A stretch of DNA of 64,000 nt, from assembly GCF_009834535.1 (NCBI RefSeq), contig NC_045696.1:64048001-64112000 (forward strand), given 5' to 3'. This document shows, piece by piece, positions 23,020 to 37,723 of the stretch. A model generated the notes under the pieces. It saw nothing but the letters and a program-made list of their open reading frames with translations, did no database searches and was not told the origin of the DNA. The position numbers and the translations under genes are program-made. The stretch is from Camelus ferus (taxonomy: Eukaryota). The first letter of the stretch is position 1, and the number at the start of each line of letters is the position of its first letter.

Positions 23020-26000
23020 ATTTATTATTTCTTTAGGAGTTTAAAATATATGTCATCTTCATATATTACATGGAATATTTCTGTAAAGAGAGATACTCTT
23101 CTTGAACTATTTCATTACCCTGAGATCCAGTTTGTTTAAGAAAGGCAGGATAAATATATGACTATTTCTCTTTATTTATCAGCTTTCAAAATACTAGGTT
23201 GATCTTCTAACATTTTCCAAAGGCTTTAAAAAAATTTTAAGTGTCATTATGGATGAATAATGTCAACATGGTTAATATATTATCATCCATTGAAGTTTTT
23301 ATTCTTATTATCATTGAAATTGCCCATCTTTGGTCATTTAGAGTCTTTTCAGGTTGACTCCTGAATTCATTTGACATGATCCCAGTAGTCTGAAACTTTT
23401 ATTGCTTTCTGATATGATAAGATTTAAATTTATCTTGGATAATTCCTGCTCCAAACCTGGACACATCCATTTTCCCAAAGACCTCTTAGGTATGGTATTT
23501 AGAAACCTCAATCAGAGTGTTAGGAGTGCTCATTTCTATGGAGTTAGTCATTGTTTCCAGGCCTTTTCAGAAAACATACCTTGGAAATAATATTTTAAAG
23601 ATAACATAAATTAAGAGTTTATACTGATATTTCCAGTTTAAGTTTGGAACTATAGGTATTTTTTTTTTCACTTAACTTTGTTGACTATACTTCTGTTTCT
23701 CCTTTCTCTACACCCAAAGACCTGATTTTCAATGACAGCAACAAATTACTCATCTGCTTTATCCCATTATACACAATAATCTCTGAGTAACAAACCAACA
23801 CACCTGCAACAATATGATTCCTAAAAACAGCTTAAGACTTTTTTAGAGTTCCTTTTTTCTCCTTTTTGTGAAACAACATTAGGAAGATACAAATTACACT
23901 TTAAAAATGTATGTTTTAGAGTGACTCAAAAAAACTTTTCTCTGTATGGTTATTCCAATGACTTGATAGGTTCACCTCGTTCATTTTGCTTTAGATTTTT
24001 AGTGCCAGCTTTTCAAATTTATTTTTATATTAGCTTGAAAAGATATTATATAAAATGTCTACATGATTTGAAAGTTAAATCCATAAAAGACATTCAGAAT
24101 CTACTTCCTATTTCTCCTCTCTGTACCTATGTACTCATACTGTCAATAGTAATCATTTTTGTCTTTTAATTTTTTTTGCATTCAAAAATACAATGATCTG
24201 TAACATTCATAGTGATAATATAGAGAATAAGATATATATTTATACAGCTGCTTTTTAAATACCAGGGGTATGTTACATACATTTAACTTATATTTCCTGG
24301 AGTGTATTCTTTACATACTTAATGATGTCTCCCAGGGGCCCTTTCAGAGCAGTATATATAGTCTTCATTGATTATTTCAGCTGCATAATACTCTCTTGTG
24401 TGGAGGAACCATAATTTTTTTCAATCAACTCTCTATTGAAAGATTTTTTTCCAGCCTTTTACTGTTATAAATAATGCTGTAATAAAAAACCTTGTGCATA
24501 TGTCTTTTCATATTTTTGCCCAATCTATCTTTGGTATAGATTTTGAGAAGTAAAATTGCCGAGTTAAATAATAAATGTATATGCAATTTTGATAGATGTT
24601 GCCAAATTTTTTTCCATAGACATTGTACCAGTTTTCATTTGGACCAGAAAAGTGTGAAAGTGGATGTTTCCTCACAGTATTGCCAACAGAATATGCTGAC
24701 AAACTTACAGATTTTTCTAATTAGATAGATGAGTGATGCTATCTCATGTATATTTCACTCTTTTTTTTCCTTCTTCTTTTTTTAAGGAAATAATTCACAA
24801 CTTACAGAAAAGTCACAAGAATAAATCAAATAACTTTTTCCTTGAACCATTTGAGAATAAGTTTTTGACATGAGGCTCAATGACCCCCACATGCTTTAGT
24901 GTATATTTCTTAAAGACAAGGGCGTTCTTCTAAATAAACAACAGTGAAAACATTAATATCAGGAAGTTAATATTGGTATTAGTACCAACAAATGCTCAGA
25001 CCTATTCCAATTTTTCTGATTGTCTCAGTGATGGTCTTAATAAGAAAGGATCCAAGATTATACAATACTGTTGTTTGCCATGTCTCCTTAATCTTCTTTA
25101 ATCTTTCCTCGACTTTCATGACCTTGACTCTTTCAACTCTTAATTATTTTGTAGAATGTCCTCTCAGTTTGGATTTGTCTGATATTCCCTTATAGTTAAA
25201 TTTGGTTTATGCATTTTGGGCTGGAATATTACAAAAGTGATGTCATGTTCTCACTGTTTCCTCTCAGGTATCATATAATTTAAATTTGTCCTATTACTGG
25301 TGATAATAACTTGGATTACTTAGTTAAATGGTGTCTGCCAGGTTTCTCTATTGTAAATTTACTTTTTTTTCTTTCTAATTAATTTTTATTTTGCTGAGAG
25401 ATACCTTGAGACTATATAAATAAACCATGCTCATCAAATTTTCATCCACTAGTTTTTAGTATCTATTGATGTTTCTTAGCTAGATTAGTTATTGCTTTGA
25501 TAATTGCCAAATGGTGATTTTCTAATTTTCTTTTCTTCTACACTAATTAATGGCCAATTTACTGTAAGGAAAAGCTATCTTTTCTCCTCATTTACTTATT
25601 CATTTACTCATGTCATTATGGACTAATGAATGCCTATTTTATTTGATGGGTTATCATTCATTATTATCATTATTAACTTTGATGTTCAAATTGTTACAGA
25701 CTGAGGCAGTGAGAGTCCTTTAGGCCGGCTTTGATATCTTTCTGATCTGTCCCCGTCACTCTTTGAGCACTGCCCTATTTAGTGGCATAGCAGGATGCTT
25801 TAGTTTATACTGTACTTTTCTTGGCCCAGTGTTGTAATCAGCCCTTTTTTTTTTTTTTTTTAAGAGCCCTGGTTTTTTTTGGAGGGAAATGAAATTTAGA
25901 AACCAAAATTTGGGCACTGGATGTGCACAGTATTATTGGGTTTTCACTGTTCCAAGGCCCTCTCAGGAACCGAATTAGAGAATATGCATATTAAAAAAGA

Positions 26001-26290
26001 CAAGCAAATATGTTATATTTGCGTATATTCTTGTATACATACACAGTCACATTTATATTAATTCCCTGTCTATTGAAAACAACTAGTTTACGTTGTTGTC
26101 TCCAATTCTAGTCCAACACCACAGAGTTCATTCTGGTTTTATATCTGCTTGTATATGTAACTTCCCCTCTTCAGTGAGAAACCTGGTCTTCATTAGCCTC
26201 GTTATATCCACTTACTGTGTCAGCCTACCAGCATGTAACCCATCACCCATCACTGCTGCTGCTTTCCCATGCAGACACCTTCTTCATCCT
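23020..26290 (-). mobile_element. Cluster of old L1M (L1MC-like) 3' fragments
   Basis: T-rich degenerate L1 3'UTR motifs. Two homologous segments (~23100-23700 and ~25560-26000). Boundaries approximate. Confidence 0.55.
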
Positions 26291-27029
26291 GTTTGGACTC
26301 CAGCATCTCACACCAGGCCACTGACACTGTGGGGGCCCTTGTCTCCCTCCTCAGACTCTGACACTCCGTACTAGGCCATGTAAACACCCGTCCATTGTTC
26401 TTAGTCTCCAACACGTGGAGGGGGCTGCCACCCTCCCCTCCCCACTTAGCCCCCTGCATAGATGTCTATTTGGGTTAACCCCTTATAGCTTTGGGGCTTT
26501 GGGACTGGATAAGGATGGTAAGAAGTAAAGAAAGGCCAGAAAGAAGGAAGGAAGGCAGGAAAGACAGATTTTTCAATTTTCTTACTATGAGTAAGAATGA
26601 ACATCTTTTCAAATGTTTAGCAACATGCCATTTGTAGTGTGTGTGTGTGTGTGCGCGCATGTGAACTGTATGTTGACATTCCAGCAATTTTGCTATACTG
26701 TCATTTGCTATATGCCTTTTTTCAGACCACTTTGTTAGGAATATTAATCTTTTGTTTATAATGTAGGTTTCAAATGTGTTTTCTGAATCTGTTATTAGTT
26801 TTATCCTTTGGTTTTTTTTTTGCCACCCAAAGGTTTTTATTTTATGTAGTAATATAATATATTATCTTTTTTATTCTTATTGTTTGCAGATTTTGAATCA
26901 ATGTTGAGGAATACCCTCCTTTTTCTATATACCCTGGTTGCTTTTTCATTGATTTCCAATTTAGGTAGACATTGGACTGTGTTTGTGTGGAGAAAAACCT
27001 GACTTGACTCTGTTTCCTCATACTTTCAG

Positions 27030-27164
27030 CTGGAGTCCAGGAACTGGAATCACGCTTCCTGGTACCTGGAGATCTATTAATTTTGACAGGGAACAAAGTA
27101 CAAATGCCATGTGATGCCATTTTGATTGATGGCAGCTGTGTGGTAGATGAAGGCATGCTGACAG
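27030..27164 (+). CDS. ATP13A4: ATP13A4 coding exon (~exon 9; A-domain)
   Basis: cag|CT...ACAG|gtatgg; AGVQELESRFLVPGDLLILTGNKVQMPCDAILIDGSCVVDEGMLT. Confidence 0.96.
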
Positions 27165-28259
27165 GTATGGTCCTATCTCCTGGCTTACAGCCTCTGCTAG
27201 CTCTCCCAGGTTTTCCTTAATGATAATAGCAAAGCATGGGGTTGCCTGGGGGCCTTCCTATCCCCACAAATCTTACTAACAGCTCTGCACCGGATGGATC
27301 CAAGAGTTCAAATTAAAGCTGTTTTCTGTGTGCCAGGCTTGATACTGTCATACTTTTTGATTGTTTAGCATTTCTTTCTTGAACAAAGGGTTATTACGAT
27401 TCTGTCATTTTACCTTTAAAGATTTTAGAGGTCATTAGATGTTTCAGAATCATCTGTGACTTTTATGTTTAGTATTTTTACATGAAATACATCTTCAGAT
27501 AAACTCTGAGGGTTTGACAACCATTAAGGACATCCTGAAATCCCCTCAGTCAAGTCCAAGCTCTTCTTAGCTTGGTTTGAAAATGTTGAAAAGTTCATGA
27601 TGCAGGATTTGGCAAATCTGCTACTTTCAAAATACACACTGGCTATTTTGGACTGACTGTATTTCATTTTTAAATAGCAGGCTGGAGCTGGGAGGGACAG
27701 TCATATCTCATAGATATAGAAACTGAGGTTCAGAAAAAAGTGACTTCTCAAGGTCACGGAGCTTTGAGTTCTCACTTACAGATGCATTTATGAAAAGATG
27801 TTGTGCCAACCATTCTGTAAGATAAAGAATCATAAAGCCTCTTTCAGAGATGGAATTGGAGGCTGTAAATACATACTGATGTACTCTGGTTCCCATTAAA
27901 GTCCAAATCAAATCCACTTCTCCTGGCAGACCAAGAAGGCACGAAATGGAGACAAGAACACATAGCTCTCTCCTATGTGAACTTTCAAGAAAAAAGGTAT
28001 GACAGGTCAGGTTCCTTTCTCTAAGGAATCCATAGATTTCATAAAAATCTCTTAGTTCTGGGACTTTTACAGTGCCAACTACCATTTTCCTAATGAATGT
28101 GGCCCTAGTATACTGGAATATATCCCTGACTTTTTTTCTGTCCATTCTGCAAAGACCGGTGGAGGGCTTTAATGAGTTTTTTTCTCAGAAGAGGCCATGG
28201 TTACTTTCACAACTCATTCACCACCTTGTATTAGCAATTCAACCCACTGAAATCTGACC

Positions 28260-29470
28260 CTCCCAGTGCGCAGGCAAAAGTCGCTAATATCCCAATTTGC
28301 AAATACTATGGAGTCTTTAAATTTCTCATCCTATTGGCCTATCTGCTGCATTTGACCATTCTGACCATCTCTTCCTTCTGAAAATGCTCTTCTCTCTAAC
28401 TTTCCAAGACAGTGCTGTCTCTCCAAATTCTTCAACCACTGACAATACTGTTCAGCTTTCTGCACTGCTCCTCTTCCTCCATCTTTTTGATTTTCGTTGC
28501 TGTTCAGAGGTCCTGGACCTTTCCTTTCTCACCCTTAACTTGATGCCTAAGTAATCCTGTCTCTTCCCTTTGGCTTTAATTATCATCTCTAAGGTGATGA
28601 ACTGTAACTAAATATTTCTGGTCAAGGCCTCTCCCCTGAGCTACAGACCCAAATAAATATCTAACTGCCTACAAAGCATCTCAACATAATCATTCCGCAA
28701 GGCATCTCCAGCTCATGGCAACCAAAAGGCAATTCTTCCTTCCTCCTATAATCCCTGTGTTGAAGATTAATGCCATCTTCTGCTCATTCTCCCAAGTCAG
28801 AGACCAGGGAGCCATTTAAAATTCCTCTGGACCCATGATCTGCCAATATAAAAATATCCCCAAGTTTTGTAGCTACTCATTTCCTTATTTCTCAAAACCA
28901 GGAGTATTTTCTACTCCTGCTGCCAGCTGCCACAGTTCAGAACTCATCCTCTTCAACTGGGACTCCTGTGATCATTTCTCAACTGGATGTCCAGCCTCCA
29001 ACCTCATCAGACTTCAATTCATTCCCTGGACTGCAGACAGAGTACACCCTCTTGTACATAGATATGATGGCACTCTCCTGAGTCATACAGTTAAATAGCT
29101 CCCTGTTTCCCTCCTACCATCGGTGCCGAGAGAAAAACATGTCAGCGCTTAAGTATGTGCACACAGGGCCCTCCGCGCTTGGGCTCCTACATAGTTCTCA
29201 TGGCCTCTTATTCCCCAGACCCCACATTCTAGACTGCACATTGCTACTCCCTAAATGTAGGTTTTTCCCAGCCTGTTTCAGCATCCACATTTGATTTTAC
29301 AATACGCATAGTATTTATAATATGACAGTATACTTATTTATTTTCCATGTCCATCTCTCCCTCTGGACTACAGACTTCTTAAAAACAAGTTGTGTTTCTC
29401 CTTGTATCCCCAGTACCCAGGGTTGTTCCCGCCACCTGGCAGGCTCACAAAAAATGTCCGCCGAATGATG
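28260..29470. mobile_element. Degenerate L2 LINE fragments
   Basis: Pyrimidine-rich L2-type motifs (gcatttgac...cttccttctgaaa; ctctcccctgagctacagacc; ctccaacctcatc). Approximate limits. Confidence 0.55.
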
Positions 29471-29541
29471 ACTTAGTGTTCGCATGATTTAAGCGAGTGA
29501 AGGCATCCCATCTCACAAAATGTGTTGCTTGTTTTCTGTAG

Positions 29542-29712
29542 GAGAAAGTATTCCGGTCACTAAAACTCCGTTACCTAAGATGGATAGCTCTGTGCCCTGG
29601 AAAACACAGAGTGAAGCGGATTACAAACGGCATGTCCTCTTCTGCGGAACAGAGGTTATTCAGGCCAAGGCGGCTTGCTCTGGGACCGTGAAAGCGGTGG
29701 TACTGCAGACAG
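29542..29712 (+). CDS. ATP13A4: ATP13A4 coding exon (~exon 10; completes TGES)
   Basis: tag|GA...ACAG|gttagt; GESIPVTKTPLPKMDSSVPWKTQSEADYKRHVLFCGTEVIQAKAACSGTVKAVVLQT. Confidence 0.97.
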
Positions 29713-30568
29713 GTTAGTTAGCATCTCCTTTGTTTTATTATTTAAATGAAATATTTTTGCTCAGTTTGTCTAGTGCCTTAAATTAATTAGGTAAGGAGCA
29801 GTCTTTACAGAACAAACTTAATAAATGTAAATATAGATATTTTAAATGGGAATTGAACTATGGCTTATGCCTTTTAGTAAAAATAATAAACCTGATGACA
29901 GCAATGACGATGCGCTTTGCAGTTTATACACTATTTCCACATATCAAATTAGTAGTATAAAGACTGCCTGTCTCCACTTTGTACACAAATAGACTGGGAC
30001 CCACACTATTCAAGTGAAGTTTTAAAAAAAATCACATAGCCAGTCTTTGACAGAGCTGGACCTAGAACTTCAAACTTCTAACCCAAAAAGCTAACCCAAG
30101 TTCTTTCTAGGCAGGACTGAAAACTGAAAACTTGATGATGAAAAGTATTAGAAATTGAATCCATATGTATTCACTGGGCCATTTAATTTAAATTCAAGTG
30201 TCATGTGTGTGTGTGTATGTGTGTGCATGCATGTGCATGTGTGGGCACACGTGTGTTTACAAGTCCTTTCCTTATAATGAAGCTGTATTTGGAAAAGCTG
30301 TGCTCTGCCCCCGTATGGTGCTCTCTTCCTATGACTGGGATGCGTTGAACTTGGAAGTGGAAGGAGGGAAGGCCAGAGAAGAACAGGCACTGAAAGAGCT
30401 AAGATATAGCCATTCTAGCTATTTTGCCAATTAGCCTTTAATTGCATTTGGGCTTAAGCACTGTTTAAATTATCTCTGGAGAAAACAAAGGCGATGTTGA
30501 AGTTTAGAAGAACTCTAGCAGTAGGATTTGTCATCCTGAGAGTGTGGGGGGTGTGTTTGCTGTTTCAG

Positions 30569-30726
30569 GATTCAACACTGCGAAGGGGGACCTCGTGAGA
30601 TCCATTCTCTACCCAAAGCCGATGAATTTTAAGCTCTACAGGGACGCCATCAGATTCCTCCTGTGCCTTGTAGGGACAGCCACCATTGGGATGATCTATA
30701 CTTTGTGCGTCTTTGTGCTCAGTGGG
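30569..30726 (+). CDS. ATP13A4: ATP13A4 coding exon (~exon 11; TM3)
   Basis: cag|GA...GGG|gtgaga; [53 protein letters not shown]. Confidence 0.97.
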
Positions 30727-31344
30727 GTGAGATGCTTTTGTTCTTATTCTGCCTGCCTATGTACACTCATCTATATTTTATACTCTGCATGTAGACCTTC
30801 ATATAAGGCATGGTTTTCAAACCTGGGAAAACAAAGCCAAACCTTGAAACCTGCTTGTGTACCCCCAGGTCCCCAATATAAGCAGTTGATCACCAAGTTC
30901 CCTGGCAACCATCAGATCTAGTGGGATAAAACACTTTGTTTATTGAGTTACCAACATGCCTCTGCTCTTGTACTTTTCTTTATGCTATTTTTCATTTTCA
31001 ATCTAAGAATACATTTATCCCAACAATGTATTATTTCGTAGCTGTTAGATGAGGACTTTTAAATAAAATCCACATACCCAAGGTTGGTGAGGTCATGGCA
31101 AACTGGTACATTCTCCTCTGCTGGTAGCAGTATGAATTGTTACAAGCTTTTTCGTTCCACTTTAGCAAAATGTCCTGAGAGCCATAGACACATTCATACC
31201 CTCTGAACCATCTTTGACCCGCTCATGTCATTTCTAGGAATTTGATCTAAAGAAATAAACAAAAAGAAGGGAAAAAGTCATATGCACTAAAGAGTTCACG
31301 ACTGATTGATCTGTAATAGCTGAAGAGGGACTTTATCTTCGCAG

Positions 31345-31533
31345 GAACCCCCTGAGGAGGTGGTGAAGAAAGCCCTGGATGTCATCACCATTGCAGTTCC
31401 TCCTGCTCTACCTGCTGCTCTGACCACGGGCATTATCTATGCCCAGCGGAGGCTGAAGAAGAGAGGCATCTTTTGCATTAGCCCCCAGAGGATCAATGTA
31501 TGTGGACAATTAAACCTTGTCTGCTTTGACAAG
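31345..31533 (+). CDS. ATP13A4: ATP13A4 coding exon (~exon 12; TM4 PPALP, start of DKTGT)
   Basis: cag|GAA...AAG|gtatgt; [68 protein letters not shown] is the P5B signature. Confidence 0.98.
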
Positions 31534-32249
31534 GTATGTGTGTTTCATACTCCTTCTCATTGCCATTTTTAACATCATTGTTGTCACACACAGGTGCATT
31601 ACATGCTTGTGAGGCAGGAAACATGGGATGTGGGCAACTGACTTCATTTTATCTCTGGTTGGATGTGTGATCTAGGACAGATACATCCTTGAGCTCTCAA
31701 ATTCTAGCGTTTAGGGAAAGGAGAGTAGGTACTGAATCTTTTAGGGTCCTTCCAACTCTAATATTCTATGAAACACAATTAATTAAAATAGCATTCTGTC
31801 CCTCTAGGGTCAAAACCTTCATACAAAGAAGCAAATTTAAACTTTTTTACTGTGGTGACTGCTGTGTCTCTAATGCTAAGGCTATTACATGGCATATAGT
31901 CAGTGCTCAATAAATATGTTTTGAATTAATGAATGAATAGAAAAGGAAGAGTTCCTATTTAGCTGTGGCTTACTAAAAGACTTGGTTAAAATAAACCCCT
32001 AGTCAACCCCTTACTATATTTTCCCATCTGCTAAATATATTGCTTAAAATAATCCTTGATCACATGCCAATTATTCCCAACCAGCCTCTTCCTCTACCTT
32101 CTCTTGAGTACATTCTTTTCATCTGTAAACACATATTGGGAGCTGTGAGGATAAGATGGGAATGAATGGCTGTTTTGTGCCTGGGTCTTAATTTATACAG
32201 GTGACTAAGTGGCTGCAGGCAGAGGTCAAAGCCATTGAAAGGAAAGTTC

Positions 32250-32690
32250 AGTGTTACTCTCAGTTCCCCTACAGAGAAGAGGCGTGTCTCACCATGCAGG
32301 ACAGCAGGAGGAATGCTGGATTGTGACCAGGAAACAACACAAGGGTGAGGGGATCGCTTAGTCTATGGTCTTTCTTGGAATTTCTGCAGGGAAGGCAAGA
32401 CAAGGCAAGGTAAATAGCCAGCAATCAGTTAGTTGGAGTGATTTCGGCGGGCTTCGGGCTGGAGGAGTGGTCTCTAGCTGTGTGGCACCTGACCCTGGGA
32501 TGATTAAGGCAGAGGGATCTTGTCTCCTGGGGAATGTGGCTGCTAGAGGAGGTGTGACTCCTGACTGGTTGGTTAGCATGTCACAGGCAGGCTCATGGTT
32601 GAGTCCCTCGCTGTCTCTTAAGAACTGACTAGGTCCCAGGAGGCTGTCTCTCTCCAGACTCAGAACCTCTCAGAAAGCTTTCTTAAGTTA
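32250..32690. mobile_element. Solo LTR-like relic (ERVL-type, MER76-like)
   Basis: gtggtctctagctgtgtggcacctgaccctgggatgattaaggcagagg resembles ERVL LTR consensus as I recall it; not verified. Confidence 0.45.
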
Positions 32691-34211
32691 AGTTTTGGGT
32701 GGTGGGCACGCTGTAGGATATATGAAAGTAGAAATATAATGTTGTACATGTGAAACTTATATAATGTTTTTTGTAGCTTATAAAATATCAACCTCTGTTG
32801 ACTCAATAAAATATAAATTTAAAAAAGAGAAGGACTTCTTAAGCTATCAAACATCGTAATATACAGGAAATTAAAAAATGTATACAATCCAAGGGCACTG
32901 TAGGCAGGTGAATATGGGCAAAGGCACGGCGTCAGGAGTGTGTTTTTGATCAGAGCAGGATATTCGTAATGGGAGAGGGGTTTTGTAGACCTCCAATGTC
33001 TGACTAAGAAATCTTTACATACTTTTTAGGCAGTGAGGAGTCATTGAAGGTGTTTTTTTCTTCTTTTTTATTGCTGCCTTCCTTTTTCTTAATTTATTTT
33101 TTATTGTGGTAAAATATGCATAACATAAAATTTACCGCTTTAACCATTCTTATGTGGCTTTAAGTGCATTCACGTAGCTGTGCAACCATCACCGCCGTCC
33201 ATCTCCAGGACTTCCCATTTTCCCAAACTGAAGCTCTGGGTCTGTTAAACAGTACATTGAAGGATTTTGATAGTCAAGAGTTAATGGGATTAGAGTTGTG
33301 TTTTATAATTACCGGAATATCAGAAAGCTCACCAAGAACAGAAGGTTAACATGGCTTTTGCCACCACTTCAGTATTATTTTATGATCAAACTAGCATCAT
33401 GAGGAAAGACATTCTGTTTCTTGGGTCATGTTATCCTCAGACTTGGAAAAAGAAACAGGGGTGGGGGAAATAATTGTGACCTGAATTTGAATGAAAAATA
33501 AGTAATAATTATGAGTAATTATCATTGTTATCAGCTCTTACTCTATGCCAGATATTCAATTAGGCACTTTGTATTATCTCATTTAATTGTCCCACACCCC
33601 TATATAATTATGACCATATTATAGATAAGGGCTCCGATGATTAGAGGGATTAAATAATTTAACCTGGTCCCACTGCTGGTGTTTTAACCCGCGCTAAGCT
33701 TTTCATCATTACACCACACTGAGAGAAATGCCAACAAGCACCTTTTTACCAAATAGGTGTCAAATAGCAAGCTATTTCTTTAGAATAGTGAAAAATTCTA
33801 CTCCCATCACTTATTTCTGAAGATACACTTTTAACTTGTGCTAGAAACGCTTTTAAAGCTCACCCCTTTTATAGCTTCTAGCAGGCTTACGAAGGACTCT
33901 CCCATCCATTCAGTCTTCCATTAAATCCTCGAAACAAGCCTCTGAAATATGGAAAGCAGGTACCCTTTTCTTCCTTTATCGCTGAGAAGGCTAACGTTCA
34001 AAGAGATTAAGTGCCAGCTTGTCATACAACTGGTATGAGTTCCTCAAAGCTTCCACCCAGGACTCCTGATACCCACCTTACTGTCCTTTCTTAAAGTGCT
34101 GGTGTTGATAATCTGATTGTGACATTTATTTTCCTGTTAAAATATAATTTATCATTGTCACTAGGGGGCTACTGGATCTTCAGAGTAAACCGAGTGCTTG
34201 TTTCTGTTTAG

Positions 34212-34273
34212 ACAGGCACCTTGACAAGGGATGGCTTGGATCTCTGGGGAGTCGTGCCCTGTGATGGGAATGG
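34212..34273 (+). CDS. ATP13A4: ATP13A4 coding exon (~exon 13; completes DKTGT)
   Basis: tag|ACA...GG|gtgagt; TGTLTRDGLDLWGVVPCDGNG. Confidence 0.96.
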
Positions 34274-37200
34274 GTGAGTATTTGGGACTGAATGCACTAT
34301 AGTTTCTTTTTTCCCAGAACTCTACATTTTTTTCCCCACAGAATGTTAGTGATGGGGAGATTTTAGCATTGGCTTTGGTGAGCAATTGTTGCTAGAGTAG
34401 CTTCCTTTAATTTCTCTTCTTGATTACTTCCAAAGCTCACTAAAACATGCGTATTTCCCGCACCCCAGCCCCAGGACACTCACAAAACCCAGGAGATGAA
34501 GGGCAAGTTTCAACACTGCATTCAAATCCTCACTATAATGTGATTTGCTTTCAGCATGTTAGTCAGGGGCCAGGGTGCGTCCTTTGGACAATAAGAGGAC
34601 ACTGTCCTTCAAGAAGGTAACGTGCTCGCACAAACGGAAGCCTTCGCATGTGCTAGGAGGGAGAACACTGCCCTGACTTAGAGACACTGAATTTCAGGAA
34701 GAGAAACACCTGGGAACCACACCTGGTACACTTCATTTTCCTTCATATTCTAGTTCTGGGAGCTCCACCTTCTGGCTGCCAGAAACTCCTCTTTTCCATC
34801 CAGAAAAGACTCAGTTTGGGCAGCTTTCAGCCAGGGTGGTAAACTGTTGCATGTAACCTCTCCCGGGGCCCTCTTGTCTGAGTTTACTTTTCAGCCTGCT
34901 TTTTCTCCCCACTACAACTTCCTGCCTGATCAGAACACGAAGCATTTGACATTCAGGTTCTGTTTTGCTTTTTAATTAAGTACAGTTCATTTCAGGTTTT
35001 GTTCTTTTAATGAATGCATTTCCTTCTCACACTCGCAACCAAAATCACAAAGCCTCTTCTACATAAAAGGTACCTTTCCTGCGTTATGCTGCTGACATAC
35101 AATTTATCCATGAAATGTGTTAATTATATACATTTAATACGTTTTCATATTAAAATGCTATTTCTAAACAAGTCTACTTCCTGGATTAAAAAAAATTAAT
35201 CCTGGTGCTTCTAACCATTTTCATCTACAGAAGAAGCCTGTTGCAAGTGTTAAACTTTCTAAAGTGCTTTTCATTTTCTCTCGAAGATAGATTTGGATAT
35301 ATACCTGGTCTCCTTGTTCATTTTTTCTTCTGTTCCAGCTTCTACAAAAAAAGTATGCATTTATTCAAATTTGTGAGCAGCTTGAGAGCAGTTTTTTCTT
35401 ATTTATATTTGCATCTCTCATGTCATAGCACTATAACAAACACACACAGTAGACGCACAATAAGTGTTTGTTTATCTAAAACGAGCAAAATGTGTTCCAT
35501 CTTGCAAATATTCATCTACTGAATGACAGTAGAATTGACATCATATTATTCACAAAACTTTTAAAACTTTCTATTTCTAAAAGTGACTTGTCAAATTTAA
35601 ATAAAAACAATTGATATTATGTTTAGATTATTGATAGACTAATTCAGCCTGTCACTGTCTTTCCCTCTCTCTCTCCCCTCCTTCCTTCAAAAATGAAGTT
35701 GGCTTCAAATGACTAAAAGATCAATTAAAAATATTTTTTAATTGACAAATTGAATTAATAGAATTAGAGAAAACAGATTCAATTCTATATAAGAAGTCAG
35801 TACCTGACTTAGAGGCTATTAATTTCTTCTGGTAAAAGATGGGCTCATCTCTGATAATTTTCATCTTTTCCAAAGAGGGTCTGCCCAATGTACCAGGTAC
35901 TTTAAGACCCATTGGAAGGCTACCTGAGCGACTTGGTCTTGATAAGTCACAAACATTCAAATAAAAGTACAAAGACAGGGCTGTCAGAGAGTTCTGTTTG
36001 TTGTGGAAACCGGAGTTTCGCCCAGTCCGCAGGAACTCAGAACTATGTAGTCAGAATTACATACTGAAGACAGTTTGTGGGCCATCTTAAAAATAAGATT
36101 CTTTTTTTCTGATCTGTGTTTGCTTCACAGAGTGAGCCTGAGGATCTGTGTTAATCACTGACGGTGATTGCTTCCTTTTAGATGTTTATGAAAATGCCAG
36201 GTACTCATCGTAAACCACTGAGATAACTTGACCTTTCAATATATAATTATAGGTACGATCAACAGGGTCAGAAATCAGTCAAGAGGTTTTTGAACTCTTA
36301 AGGAAGCTTGAGTGAGGAAGGCAGCAAGAAGTATGCCTAGGTTAACACTCTGATGTGTTTGTTTCAGGAACAAAGGGCCAGAGTAACCTAAGGAAATGAT
36401 TATATCCATGTCATGAGATATGATAGTCTGACCCTGGGGACCATGTTTTAAGAAAAACTAGGACAAAAAGTAAAAAATAAAAACTTTTCCAAGAAAGAAT
36501 ATCTAGGAAGATCAGAAGTCCAGAATCTGCATGTTGGAGGCGTAGCTAGAGGTTCCTGTGTAAACTCAGAGGAAGGGAGTATAAAAGGGGAAGCTGGTCA
36601 GGCTGGTCCACGAATCTGAAAGGAGTTGACATGTGTAGGATGAGGCACAAGTAGATTCTGACTGGCTCCAAGAAGCAGACTCTGCCCCAATCCAGGAAGC
36701 ACCTTCTGCCACTGAGGGTCCCCCAAACAGGATGGACTGTTCGGTGAACCACTTACTGCGCTACATCTTAAAGAAGGTACTGAGCAATAAGGTGCAGAGG
36801 GCATCCTTTAGTAGGCTCAGGCCAAACTGGATGACTTCAACTCTGAATTAGTGAAAGAACCCTGTATATGACATCTGAGTTGTGTCTCAGCAGGTTTTAG
36901 ATGAGGTCACTCTCTGTAGGAAGCGGTGGTGATGATGGCTGCAATACAGACACCAGATGCTGGGGTGGAAGAGGGGAATGCGGTGCCTTTTCAAAAATGT
37001 TTTTTAAAAATTTCATTTCTTTGCCATTAGGATCTTTCTGACTTACAATAACCACTCATTCATTTATTCAGTCACATAGTTGTTGATTGTTTACTGTGGA
37101 CCAAACATCGGATATGTTGGAGAGAGGGATATGGAGGAGACGGCCTTGCCCTGAAGGATGCACTGAGGGAGATACACAGACACGCCAGTAGCTGTAGTAT

Positions 37201-37572
37201 GAGCTCGCCTGTTCTGTCTCACAGCACAGGGAGTGAAGTGGTCCGGAAGTGCGGGTGGGAGTGGATGCCCTTAGAACTGAGGGTGATACTTCTAGCTCTT
37301 TCTATATCCCTGGATTTAAATTGGTGCCAGAGAGAAAGTAAGAGAGAGGGAAGAAAGAGCTTGAAAGAACCTCAGGATATTTCTCATACTCATTGAACTT
37401 ACGTGAGGATGATGGCTGCAGGAAGCACTATCATTCACTGCGGGGGATTAAACAGTGGGGTTGCAATGCAGCAAAGCACATTAACTTACTTTTTAAAAAG
37501 ATAGTCCCCTCCAGAAGCTCCATTTTGGCCTTGGAGGGGTGGGACTAAAGCCCTTTCCCTCTGCTCCTTTAG

Positions 37573-37723
37573 CTTCCAGGAAGTCCACAGCTTTGCCTCG
37601 GGCAGGGCTTTGCCGTGGGGCCCTCTGTGTGCAGCCATGGCCAGCTGCCACTCCCTGATCCTCCTGGACGGGACCATCCAGGGAGACCCACTGGACCTCA
37701 AGATGTTTGAAGCCACCTCCTGG
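37573..37723 (+). CDS. ATP13A4: ATP13A4 coding exon (~exon 14; N-domain GDPLD)
   Basis: tag|C...TGG|gtaagc; FQEVHSFASGRALPWGPLCAAMASCHSLILLDGTIQGDPLDLKMFEATSW. Confidence 0.96.
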